Virus record (IMG/VR): IMGVR_UViG_2844225640_000006
Span: 8,495 to 72,494 of that record
From: a virus
Lineage: Duplodnaviria; Caudoviricetes
Length of the DNA stretch: 64,000 nt
Strand: one strand, 5' to 3'
Numbering within the stretch: the stretch's first letter is position 1; the number at the start of each line of letters is the position of its first letter. The notes below the pieces were generated by a model, which was given only the letters and a program-made list of their open reading frames with translations, did not search any database and was not told the origin of the DNA. The translations under genes were made by a program, and so were the position numbers. Below are positions 27,363-35,236 of the stretch, one piece after another.

Positions 27363-28268
27363 GTGAATATCATGACCAATCCTCAATCCGTTTCCTCGGT
27401 CCTCGCCAGCCGCGCGATGATTGTTTCCCTGTCCATCTCGCAATGGTCAGGCCGTCGCCTTGACCGGCAGATCACCGACGAGGTCAACCAGAACCACGGC
27501 GCTGCCGCCGACGCTGGCCGCTACAACAAATTGCTCCTCCCGAAGGAAGCATTGGCGGAAATCGTATCCATCGTCGGCGAAACCCGCTCGGACTTCCTCA
27601 AACGCACCTTGCCTTGGATGGACAACGGTAGCCGCATCATGGCAAGCGATGCATATTTGCAGCATATGTCATGGGTGCGCGGTCAGGTCGCCAAGTTCGA
27701 CCGGGCTGTCGACAAATTCCTCGCTGACTACCCGCAATATGTGGCCGATGCCCGTGTCCGCCTGAACGGCATGTTCAAGGACGACGACTACCCCGACGCT
27801 CAAATCTTGCGCAGCAAGTTCGGCGTTGCCTGCAAGGTTCTTCCGGTCCCCACCTCGGAAGACTTCCGCGTGGACATGAGCCAGGCACAAGCTGACCGCA
27901 TCCGCGAGGAGATCGAACAGCAAGTCTCCGACGCCACCACGGAAGCGGTGCGTGATGTTTACCGCCGCGTGGCAGACGTCACAGGACGAATGGTCGAAAG
28001 GCTCAACGCCTACAAGCCAGCCGGTCGTCCGGGTGACAAGACGGAAGGCGTGTTTCGCGACAGCCTTGTCGAGAATGTGCGCGATCTGATTAGCGTCTTG
28101 CCCGCGCTCAACATCATTGGCGACCGCGAGCTTTCCGCCATGGTCGAACGGCTCAAGCCATTGGCCGAGCACAATGCGTCGACCCTGCGCGATAGGCCGG
28201 AGATCCGCCGCGACGTAGCCGATGAGGCTCAGAAAATCCTCGACAGCGTCTCCGGCTTCTTGGCCTGA
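27363..28268 (+). CDS. Helical protein, DUF3150-like
   Basis: LSISQWSG, KLLLPKEAL, TLPW, YPD motifs; same operon as MoxR/vWA genes. Confidence 0.55.
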   Translation: MNIMTNPQSVSSVLASRAMIVSLSISQWSGRRLDRQITDEVNQNHGAAADAGRYNKLLLPKEALAEIVSIVGETRSDFLKRTLPWMDNGSRIMASDAYLQHMSWVRGQVAKFDRAVDKFLADYPQYVADARVRLNGMFKDDDYPDAQILRSKFGVACKVLPVPTSEDFRVDMSQAQADRIREEIEQQVSDATTEAVRDVYRRVADVTGRMVERLNAYKPAGRPGDKTEGVFRDSLVENVRDLISVLPALNIIGDRELSAMVERLKPLAEHNASTLRDRPEIRRDVADEAQKILDSVSGFLA

Positions 28269-28280
28269 GACAAATAGAAT

Positions 28281-28494
28281 TGCAGGAGCGAGGCGCCCGC
28301 TCCTGCATTTGGCGTGGCATGGCTTGGTAGGGCGCGGCGGGGCAGCGCATGGCAGGCATGGCATGGCGCGGCGTGGTATGGCTCGGCTTGGCGCGGCAGG
28401 CTAGGCGCGGCTAGGCGAGGCGCGGCGAGGCAAGGCGCGGCGAGGCCGGGCAGGCTCCCACCCAAAAGCCGCCGCTCTCTGAAAAGGGAGCGGC
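28281..28494 (+). ncRNA. GGY-NN pentamer array 1 (three units: 8, 8, 10 pentamers) with flanking hairpins; candidate guide RNA
   Basis: 5-nt periodic GGC/GGT+NN from 28311 to 28457; GGCA delimiters at 28351, 28395, 28449; 10-bp 5' stem 28281-28307; GAAA-loop stem 28471-28494. Confidence 0.75.
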
Positions 28495-28581
28495 ACCTCA
28501 AAGTTCTCCTCTTCACCGGGGAGCCTTTTGAGGTGTCAGAACGGCACTACGAACCCAATGCAATCATGCATCCAAGGAAAC

Positions 28582-29265
28582 ATGTTCATGGCAAAAGCAG
28601 CAACCAAAGTCGAAACCGGAATCACTCTTCCGAAGCTCAACATCCAGCTCATGGAAGTGGTGGTCATCGGCGACTCCCCGCTCATCGTCCACGCTTGGTC
28701 TGAAAAGGCCAAGAAGGAAATGCTGGACAAGCAGTTGAAGGTAGCGAAGGGCGCTCGTGAAGCGAAAGACCCTGTCGCAGACTTCCAGAACACTATGTAT
28801 CGCTTCGAAGACGGCGGTCACGGCTTCCCGTCCATCGCCTTCAAGGCGGCAGCTGTCACCGCTGGCACATCCGTTGCGGGACTCACCAAGATCGCAGCGA
28901 GACAGGCGTTTCATATGCTCGGCGAGAACGCCGACATTGCCGGTGCTTTTGATGGGGCGCAGTCCCGCACGAACCTCGTGCGAATCCTCGGCTCCGAACC
29001 CCAGATGCGTGAAGACATGGTCAGGGTCGGAATGGGCACGGCAGACATCCGCTACCGTGCGGAATACCCGGATTGGCACGCAAAACTGCTCGTTCGCTAC
29101 AATGCAAACGTGCTGTCCGAAGCACAGATTCTCAACCTCATCAACGTGGCAGGCTTTGCTGTCGGCGTCGGCGAATGGCGCCCCGAAAAGGACGGCAATT
29201 ACGGCATGTACCATGTCGCCACCGAGAAGGAACTGAAGGCGCTTGGTGTGCAATCACCGGGCTGA
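28582..29265 (+). CDS. Stand-alone Cas7/RAMP-like protein
   Basis: VVVIGDSPLIVH, FPSIAFKAA, and C-terminal Gly-rich loop GVGEWRPEKDGNYG in RAMP order; AAGGA SD. Confidence 0.7.
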   Translation: MFMAKAATKVETGITLPKLNIQLMEVVVIGDSPLIVHAWSEKAKKEMLDKQLKVAKGAREAKDPVADFQNTMYRFEDGGHGFPSIAFKAAAVTAGTSVAGLTKIAARQAFHMLGENADIAGAFDGAQSRTNLVRILGSEPQMREDMVRVGMGTADIRYRAEYPDWHAKLLVRYNANVLSEAQILNLINVAGFAVGVGEWRPEKDGNYGMYHVATEKELKALGVQSPG

Positions 29266-29271
29266 AACAAT

Positions 29272-29422
29272 ACAGGGTCGCGTTGCCATCGTGGCCCTGT
29301 TTAGGCGAGGTATGGCAGGCAAGGCAGGGCTTGGCTGTGCGAGGCAGGGCGCGGCGGGGCAAGGCCGGGCAGGCTCACCCACCAGCGGCCAAGGGGCAGC
29401 ATTCAACCGCCCCATTTCTTTT
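29272..29422 (+). ncRNA. GGY-NN pentamer array 2 (one 10-pentamer unit); candidate guide RNA
   Basis: Periodic 29304-29376; GGCA at 29314 and 29368; 5' stem 29272-29300; 3' GGGGC/GCCCC stem plus T run. Confidence 0.75.
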
Positions 29423-29448
29423 CAACAACCAACAGAGGAGTAGCTGCA

Positions 29449-29994
29449 ATGGTAAAGATTGCATCTTACGGCTTCGCAGAGGGTTCCCGTTTCCAGAAAG
29501 GCGCGAATACTTCCGCCCCCGAACTGGTCGGTGAACACCTTGAGACTATCCGCAAGGCGAAAGACGGTAAGCTCACACCCGACGACGTGGTGGCCGACGC
29601 TCGTAATCCCAACTCTCCGCTGCATTCGTTCTTTGAGTGGGACGATTCAGCAGCAGCTCATGAGCACCGGCTTCGGCAGGCTCGCCAGCTGATCCGCACG
29701 ATCGTTGTGCGCTATCAGGAAGTCGAGTCCAAGGAACCGATACGGGCCTATGTTAATGTCCGCTCACCCAACAGTGACAATGGGAATGAACCGGACAGCG
29801 ATGAACCACGTCAGTATTACACCGACACGATCGAAGCGCTCTCTGCCCCTGACATGCGAAGGGCCGTGCTTCTCCGGGCAAAGTCCGAGCTTGACGCTTG
29901 GCGCAAGCGATATGCCGACCTCGAAGAATTGTCCATCGTCGTGCGGACCATCACCAAGATGTCCGAAAAAGTCGGCGAACTGGCTGATGCTTGA
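29449..29994 (+). CDS. Partner protein of the RAMP-like locus (phage hypothetical)
   Basis: LTPDDVVADARNPNSPLHSFFEWDD..A..HRL.QARQLI motif; GAGGAG SD; flanked by arrays 2 and 3. Confidence 0.75.
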   Translation: MVKIASYGFAEGSRFQKGANTSAPELVGEHLETIRKAKDGKLTPDDVVADARNPNSPLHSFFEWDDSAAAHEHRLRQARQLIRTIVVRYQEVESKEPIRAYVNVRSPNSDNGNEPDSDEPRQYYTDTIEALSAPDMRRAVLLRAKSELDAWRKRYADLEELSIVVRTITKMSEKVGELADA

Positions 29995-30010
29995 ACCCAA
30001 ACAAATAATT

Positions 30011-30118
30011 GGCGTGGTGGGGCAGGCAGGGCTTGGCATGGCAGGGCTTGGCTTGGCCCGGTGCGTCTCGTTTCGGCAGGCAAACACGGGGATTCGTTCG
30101 CGGCTCCCCTTTTCTTTT
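30011..30118 (+). ncRNA. GGY-NN pentamer array 3 (one 10-pentamer unit) plus terminator; candidate guide RNA
   Basis: Periodic 30011-30083; GGCA at 30021 and 30075; GGGGA..TCCCC-TTTTCTTTT terminator 30088-30118. Confidence 0.75.
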
Positions 30119-30147
30119 CAGCAATCATGCAAACTAAGGAGACGAGC

Positions 30148-30561
30148 ATGAGTGTGCGCAATCTTCCATCGCCTGTTCGATTCCTCCTCATCCCGGTACT
30201 CGGCGACATCAAAGAGGAACGGTTTACGGTTGCGCCCGCCACGGTGGTTCCCCGTGCCAAACTATTGGAGCATGTGCGGACGTTCTTCGACGAACCAATC
30301 GAGCGCGTGAACGTGCTCTATCGGGGCGAGTACCGCGATATGTTCGTCGGCGAGACGTCGGCCATCAACGGTCGCCACATCCGCAATATCCGGGCGACCG
30401 AAGTCTACCGGGCAAATGCGCTGGAAAATCACTGGCGTCTCAATTCACCCGACCCGACAAAGGCGAAGCCTATCGATTTGTCGTGGACACTCGACCCTGA
30501 AATTCTACCGGCCATCTCTGGTCCGGCGGTTCTGTTCCCAGATTATCAAGTGTGGGAATAA
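30148..30561 (+). CDS. Hypothetical protein
   Basis: AAGGAG SD, ANYA hairpin. Confidence 0.65.
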   Translation: MSVRNLPSPVRFLLIPVLGDIKEERFTVAPATVVPRAKLLEHVRTFFDEPIERVNVLYRGEYRDMFVGETSAINGRHIRNIRATEVYRANALENHWRLNSPDPTKAKPIDLSWTLDPEILPAISGPAVLFPDYQVWE

Positions 30562-30578
30562 CCCCGAAAGGAAACCCC

Positions 30579-30758
30579 ATGTTCATCGTAGCGTGGTCCG
30601 TCAATCACGGCGGCAACAACATCGAAGATCATTGGATCGTCGCTGAGACACAGAAACAGGCAGACGCCGAAGCTGCAAAGCTGCAAAAGATCGACAACCT
30701 GCACTGTTGGGCCGTCTCTGAAATCAAAGCAGGCTCCGAGCCTCACTGGCTCTCGTAA
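30579..30758 (+). CDS. Hypothetical protein
   Basis: AAGGA SD. Confidence 0.55.
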   Translation: MFIVAWSVNHGGNNIEDHWIVAETQKQADAEAAKLQKIDNLHCWAVSEIKAGSEPHWLS

Positions 30759-30800
30759 CTCTCAACATCCCGCCAAGCATGGCAAACACGGAGAACTTCT

Positions 30801-31802
30801 ATGAACCTCAAGTCCGCAACGACTCTGCTCAACCACTTCATTGACGCCGACATTCCGGCATTCATGTGGGGCCCTCCCGGCGTCGGCAAGTCCGCTTCGC
30901 TGCATCAGATTGTGACCGAGCGTAAATGGGGAATGGTGGACTTCCGCGCTTCGACCCGTGACTCGGTGGCGTTGATGGGCCTGCCTGATATTTCCGGCGA
31001 GACCACCCGCTGGAAAGTGCCGGACGAATTTCCGCAGGCCGAACGTGACGGCGAGGAAGGCATCCTGTTTCTCGACGAACTGAACGCCGCGCCACCTTCG
31101 ATGATGGCGGCAATGTTTGGCCTGGTCCTTGACCGCAAGGTCGGCGACTACGTGCTGCCCAAGGGCTGGCGCGTAGTTGCGGCTGGCAATCGTCAGGCTG
31201 ACCGTGCTGCGGCACAGCGTATGCCTACCGCTCTCGCTAACCGCTTCGCTCACATCGACGTCGATGCAGATACGAGCGCCGGACATGACAATGTCCACGT
31301 CGAATACTTCAATCAGATCGGCGTTGATCCGCAGCTCATTGCCTTCCTTCGGTTCCGTCCGGCACTGATCCATTCGATGCCGAAGAATGATGAGCGTGCG
31401 TTCCCAACGCCCCGTTCGTGGGAACAGGCGGCGAAGATCCTGAATCTTCCGACGGCACTCCGCCTGCAGGGTGTATCCGCTATCGTCGGTGAAGGCGCTG
31501 CGGCTGAACTGGAAGGATTCCTTCGTGTTTACCAGAACTTGCCTTCGCTAGATCTGGTACTCGCCAATCCGAACAGCGCGCCTATCCCGGAAGACCCGGC
31601 GGCTCGCTTTGCAATCTCCGCTGGCCTTGCCCGTAAGGTTGATGAGCGGTCTTTCGACAACGGCATGGCTTACATGCAGCGCTTGCCTCGTGAGTTCGAG
31701 ATTATGATGTGCGTCGATGCGGTGCGTCGTGAACCGAAGCTCAGCCATACGCAGACGTTCACTTCGTGGGCCATGAGAAACCAAGACGTCACTCTAGGCT
31801 GA
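30801..31802 (+). CDS. MoxR-like AAA+ ATPase
   Basis: GPPGVGKS, LFLDE, AAGN, ALANRF, PTPRSW. Confidence 0.9.
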   Translation: MNLKSATTLLNHFIDADIPAFMWGPPGVGKSASLHQIVTERKWGMVDFRASTRDSVALMGLPDISGETTRWKVPDEFPQAERDGEEGILFLDELNAAPPSMMAAMFGLVLDRKVGDYVLPKGWRVVAAGNRQADRAAAQRMPTALANRFAHIDVDADTSAGHDNVHVEYFNQIGVDPQLIAFLRFRPALIHSMPKNDERAFPTPRSWEQAAKILNLPTALRLQGVSAIVGEGAAAELEGFLRVYQNLPSLDLVLANPNSAPIPEDPAARFAISAGLARKVDERSFDNGMAYMQRLPREFEIMMCVDAVRREPKLSHTQTFTSWAMRNQDVTLG

Positions 31803-31806
31803 TGCC

Positions 31807-32139
31807 ATGGCAGAAATCCGCGCCATCTTCGGCCCTTACAAGACGGAAGAACAGACCTCGCGCATCACTTGGTTCTTCTCCGGCGTCCGAGCGGACGGGG
31901 AGTTCACGGCGTGGTCTCTCCGTTTTCAATTCGATACGCGGCGCTATACGTGCCGCGTCATCAAGAACAAGCAGGCAGCAAAGTATGCCGCGTCCATAAG
32001 TCATAAAGACTTGTTCAGCCTCCCCGAAGCAGCGCGGTCGGAAGTCAGTTGTGGCCGCGTGACGGACATGCTCAAGGCCAAGCTTTCACCAGAGCAAATC
32101 GCTCGGGCTACGGCGCTGGCTATACAATACAGGAGGTGA
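31807..32139 (+). CDS. Hypothetical protein, paralog A
   Basis: Shares IR..FGP and LK.KLSPE.IARATAL with the next gene. Confidence 0.65.
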   Translation: MAEIRAIFGPYKTEEQTSRITWFFSGVRADGEFTAWSLRFQFDTRRYTCRVIKNKQAAKYAASISHKDLFSLPEAARSEVSCGRVTDMLKAKLSPEQIARATALAIQYRR

Positions 32140-32519
32140 TGATGGCCATCATTCGCAGGGTCTTCGGTCCCTTCCACCCTGAACACATCCATCCGGGCAC
32201 GCAGGCTGAGGAGCTGCGATGGCATTTCATCGGCATCAAGGACGACAAGACGACAGCACACTGGACATTGGTCTTTGACCCTCGCAAGCGAACTTATCGG
32301 GTCAACAACAATACCAGCAGCGGCGGCTTGATTGGCCGCAGCCGAAAGGCATTGATCGCCCAAAAGATAGATCCGGGTGTCAATTGTGAGACTGCTCACC
32401 CCGACGCCTGGCTCGACGACTCTCCAGTCATGGAGGGCACCATCACCAGCATCCTGAAATCGAAACTCTCACCAGAGGATATTGCCAGGGCGACCGCGCT
32501 GGTAATCGCAAGGAGATGA
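32139..32519 (+). CDS. Hypothetical protein, paralog B
   Basis: AGGAGG SD; motifs shared with paralog A. Confidence 0.65.
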   Translation: MMAIIRRVFGPFHPEHIHPGTQAEELRWHFIGIKDDKTTAHWTLVFDPRKRTYRVNNNTSSGGLIGRSRKALIAQKIDPGVNCETAHPDAWLDDSPVMEGTITSILKSKLSPEDIARATALVIARR

Positions 32520-32522
32520 ATC

Positions 32523-32816
32523 GTGCTGACTACCGACGTCATCATGAACAACTTCAGGAAGAGCGACCACGCTGACAATCGCTGGAGCTTTGCTCCGCTT
32601 CCCGAAACCGTTCTCAACACGCACCTTTACTACCTTTCGTTCATCAAGCAGGAGCGGCGGTTCATGCTGTCTCGAAAGCAGATCGTGCCCTTCATCCCGA
32701 TCGAAGATGACGAACTCCTGCAGGCGTTCAAGGCGACACTGCATGCAGACGAAGTGGCTGCGTGCATGAGATCCACTCTCGATCAGGGCGTCGACCCGGA
32801 TGACATTCCATTCTGA
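32523..32816 (+). CDS. Hypothetical protein ending DDIPF
   Basis: AGGAG SD; SSB-like C-terminal DDIPF. Confidence 0.55.
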   Translation: MLTTDVIMNNFRKSDHADNRWSFAPLPETVLNTHLYYLSFIKQERRFMLSRKQIVPFIPIEDDELLQAFKATLHADEVAACMRSTLDQGVDPDDIPF

Positions 32817-32831
32817 TACACGGAGGCCAAC

Positions 32832-33989
32832 ATGAAAACCGAAGACAAGATCCTCGCCGCACAGACGTCGCTACTTTGGGACCAGCCATTCTTTGGCGTC
32901 CTCATGCTCCAGCTTAAAAAGGTGCGGGTGGATGACCCGAAGAAGGTCGATACGATGGCGACAGACGGCCGTCATCTCTTCTACCACCCGCCCTTCGTCG
33001 ATGAGCTGAAGAAGGACGAGCTGGTTTTCGTGCTGGCCCATGAGGTCATGCACAACGCCCTGGAGCATCACATCCGACGCCAGTCCCGTAAGCCCGGCCG
33101 CTGGAACGATGCCTGCGACTACGCCATTAACGGCGAGCTGGTCGAATGCAAGGTCGGCAAGATGCCAGAGCGCGGCCTGCTCGAGGCGCGCTTCACCGGT
33201 CTTTCAGCCGAGGAGATCTACCGTATCCTCGACGACGAGAACAACGGCGACGACTCCGCTGAAGGGCAGGGCGATACCGGTGGTTGCGGTGGAACGATGG
33301 ATGGCTGCGCACAGCACGACGAGGCAGCCAAGGCCGAGCTGCGTGCCGAGATGCAAACGCAGATCAGGCAGGCTGCCATGACCGCCAAGGCTGCGCAGGC
33401 TGGTAAACTTCCGGCTGGCGTGCAGCGTATCATCGACGAGCTGCTCATGCCGAAGGTCGACTGGCGGGCTGTTCTCCGCCGCTTCATCGACGAGTCCAGC
33501 ACCCGTGATTTCTCATGGTCGAGGCCGAACCGTCGCCTGCTTCCGCTTGGTCTGGTTACTCCGGGCACAGTTTCGGATGGCGTCAGCCATATCGTGATCG
33601 CGGTTGACACATCTGGCTCGATCGACGAGCCCACGCTCAATGCCTTTGCTGCCGAGGTGCGGGGAGCATTCGAGGAAGGCTCTGTCGACAAGATCGACGT
33701 GGTCTACTGCGATGCAGCCATCAACCACACAGAGCAATTCGAAATGGGCGACGAGCTGTTCATCCGTGCGGTAGGCGGGGGCGGCACTCGCTTCTCGCCT
33801 GTCTTCGAATGGGTGACCGAGAAAGCAGCCGACACCAAGCTGGTGATCTACCTAACAGACTTGCTCTGCAATGACTTCGGCGACGAGCCGCACTGCCCGG
33901 TTATCTGGGCGCACTATGGAACGAAGAGCCAATTTCAGCAGCTCAGCCCCAACGTTCCGTGGGGTGAGTGCGTACACATCGAGCCTTAG
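32832..33989 (+). CDS. DUF2201-type metallopeptidase-vWA protein
   Basis: TMATDG, HEVMH, N.ACD.AIN, MIDAS DTSGS, GGGGTRF, YLTD. Confidence 0.9.
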   Translation: MKTEDKILAAQTSLLWDQPFFGVLMLQLKKVRVDDPKKVDTMATDGRHLFYHPPFVDELKKDELVFVLAHEVMHNALEHHIRRQSRKPGRWNDACDYAINGELVECKVGKMPERGLLEARFTGLSAEEIYRILDDENNGDDSAEGQGDTGGCGGTMDGCAQHDEAAKAELRAEMQTQIRQAAMTAKAAQAGKLPAGVQRIIDELLMPKVDWRAVLRRFIDESSTRDFSWSRPNRRLLPLGLVTPGTVSDGVSHIVIAVDTSGSIDEPTLNAFAAEVRGAFEEGSVDKIDVVYCDAAINHTEQFEMGDELFIRAVGGGGTRFSPVFEWVTEKAADTKLVIYLTDLLCNDFGDEPHCPVIWAHYGTKSQFQQLSPNVPWGECVHIEP

Positions 33990-33998
33990 GAGGAATAA

Positions 33999-34634
33999 TT
34001 GCCCATCTTACTCGACCTGACTGGCCAGCAGTTTGGCCGGTTGATTGCTATAGCCAGAGATCCAACCGCACGCCCTACACGCTGGTCATGCAGATGTGAG
34101 TGCGGCAACACGAAAGTCGCTGCCACGAACGACCTCAGGCAGGGGAAAACGAAATCCTGCGGCTGCTTGAGAGTTGAAGTGACCGGGGGAAAGAACCGCA
34201 CCCACGGTCTGCGACAGCACCCCCTCTACGATGTATGGCAAAGCATTAAAGACAGGTGCCTAAATCCTAACAATCCTCAGTTCAAAGATTATGGCGGGAG
34301 AGGAATAAAAATCTGCGATGAATGGGCGCACGATGGCGCTGCGTTCATCGCATGGGCAGAAGCCAACGGCTACCGCGCCGGCCTCATCATCGATCGCGAG
34401 AATAACAATTGGGGATACAGCCCCGAGAATTGCCGGTTCGTTACGCGGAAGACCAGCAACCGCAACAAGCGGAACACCAACTACATCGACACTCACCTCG
34501 GTCGCATGATGCTGGCTGAAGCGGTCGAGATCTCCGGCTTGGGCAGGGACACCATCCGACGCCGCTTAAAGTTGGGATGGCCCGCATCAAAGATCCTTCA
34601 GCCCGCCCGAGCGATGAAGAAGAGCAGCAAATAA
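33999..34634 (+). CDS. HNH-type homing endonuclease-like protein
   Basis: DLTGQQFGRL, C.CECG, SCGC, YGGRGI.IC.EW, IDR.NN..GYSPENCR. Confidence 0.8.
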   Translation: MPILLDLTGQQFGRLIAIARDPTARPTRWSCRCECGNTKVAATNDLRQGKTKSCGCLRVEVTGGKNRTHGLRQHPLYDVWQSIKDRCLNPNNPQFKDYGGRGIKICDEWAHDGAAFIAWAEANGYRAGLIIDRENNNWGYSPENCRFVTRKTSNRNKRNTNYIDTHLGRMMLAEAVEISGLGRDTIRRRLKLGWPASKILQPARAMKKSSK

Positions 34635-34663
34635 CCCACCACCCGGCATGAAAGGATAATTCC

Positions 34664-34975
34664 GTGCCCCACACACAAGGACCGTGGGCGGTCGACGACT
34701 GCCCGCTCGACATCGAACATGCCTGCACCATGCTCAAGGTCGATGCCAATACGCCACGAGAATGGGTGGGTATCTGCACCCCTCGCGATGCGGACGGCAA
34801 CTACGAGCACGTTGCTTACTGCCACATATCGAATGCTCCGGTGATCGCAGCCTCCACAGTGATGCTGGATCTCCTGCGCCGCAATCTCAATGCGTGGGAA
34901 GACGAAGAGGATTCCGTGCAGGAAGAGCACGAGGAACTGATCGTCGATCTGCGCCAGTTTCTGAAGGACAAGTGA
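34664..34975 (+). CDS. Hypothetical phage protein (HT.GPW family)
   Basis: HTQGPW...NA..IAA motif. Confidence 0.65.
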   Translation: MPHTQGPWAVDDCPLDIEHACTMLKVDANTPREWVGICTPRDADGNYEHVAYCHISNAPVIAASTVMLDLLRRNLNAWEDEEDSVQEEHEELIVDLRQFLKDK

Positions 34976-34976
34976 C

Positions 34977-35189
34977 ATGCCTAGCTATCTCGTCACATGG
35001 GAGATCGACATCGATGCCGAGACCGCACATGACGCGGCTCGGCAGGCACATGAGATCGTCCGCCGGCCGGATACATCGGCCAATGTCTACAAGGTCATCG
35101 AACATGACAGTAGCAGCGAGACGGTAACGGTTGATCTTGAAGAGGACGCGCCTCCACCGCCTCCAGATTGGAACGTGCGTCATGGTTAG
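34977..35189 (+). CDS. Hypothetical protein
   Basis: ORF packing in the operon. Confidence 0.55.
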   Translation: MPSYLVTWEIDIDAETAHDAARQAHEIVRRPDTSANVYKVIEHDSSSETVTVDLEEDAPPPPPDWNVRHG

Positions 35190-35236
35190 CCAGCACCTTC
35201 GAAACACCACTCGCAATCATGCGAAAGGAAGAGAAC

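Noticed and set aside
28222-28703. Arg/Gly/Ala/Trp-rich ORFs across array 1 (and similar ORFs over arrays 2 and 3)
   Set aside because: By-products of stop-poor GGC repeats; a 5-nt period does not fit codon structure and there is no SD.
28311-30083. Canonical CRISPR array
   Set aside because: No 23-50-bp repeats with unique spacers and no cas1/cas2; the periodicity is 5 nt.
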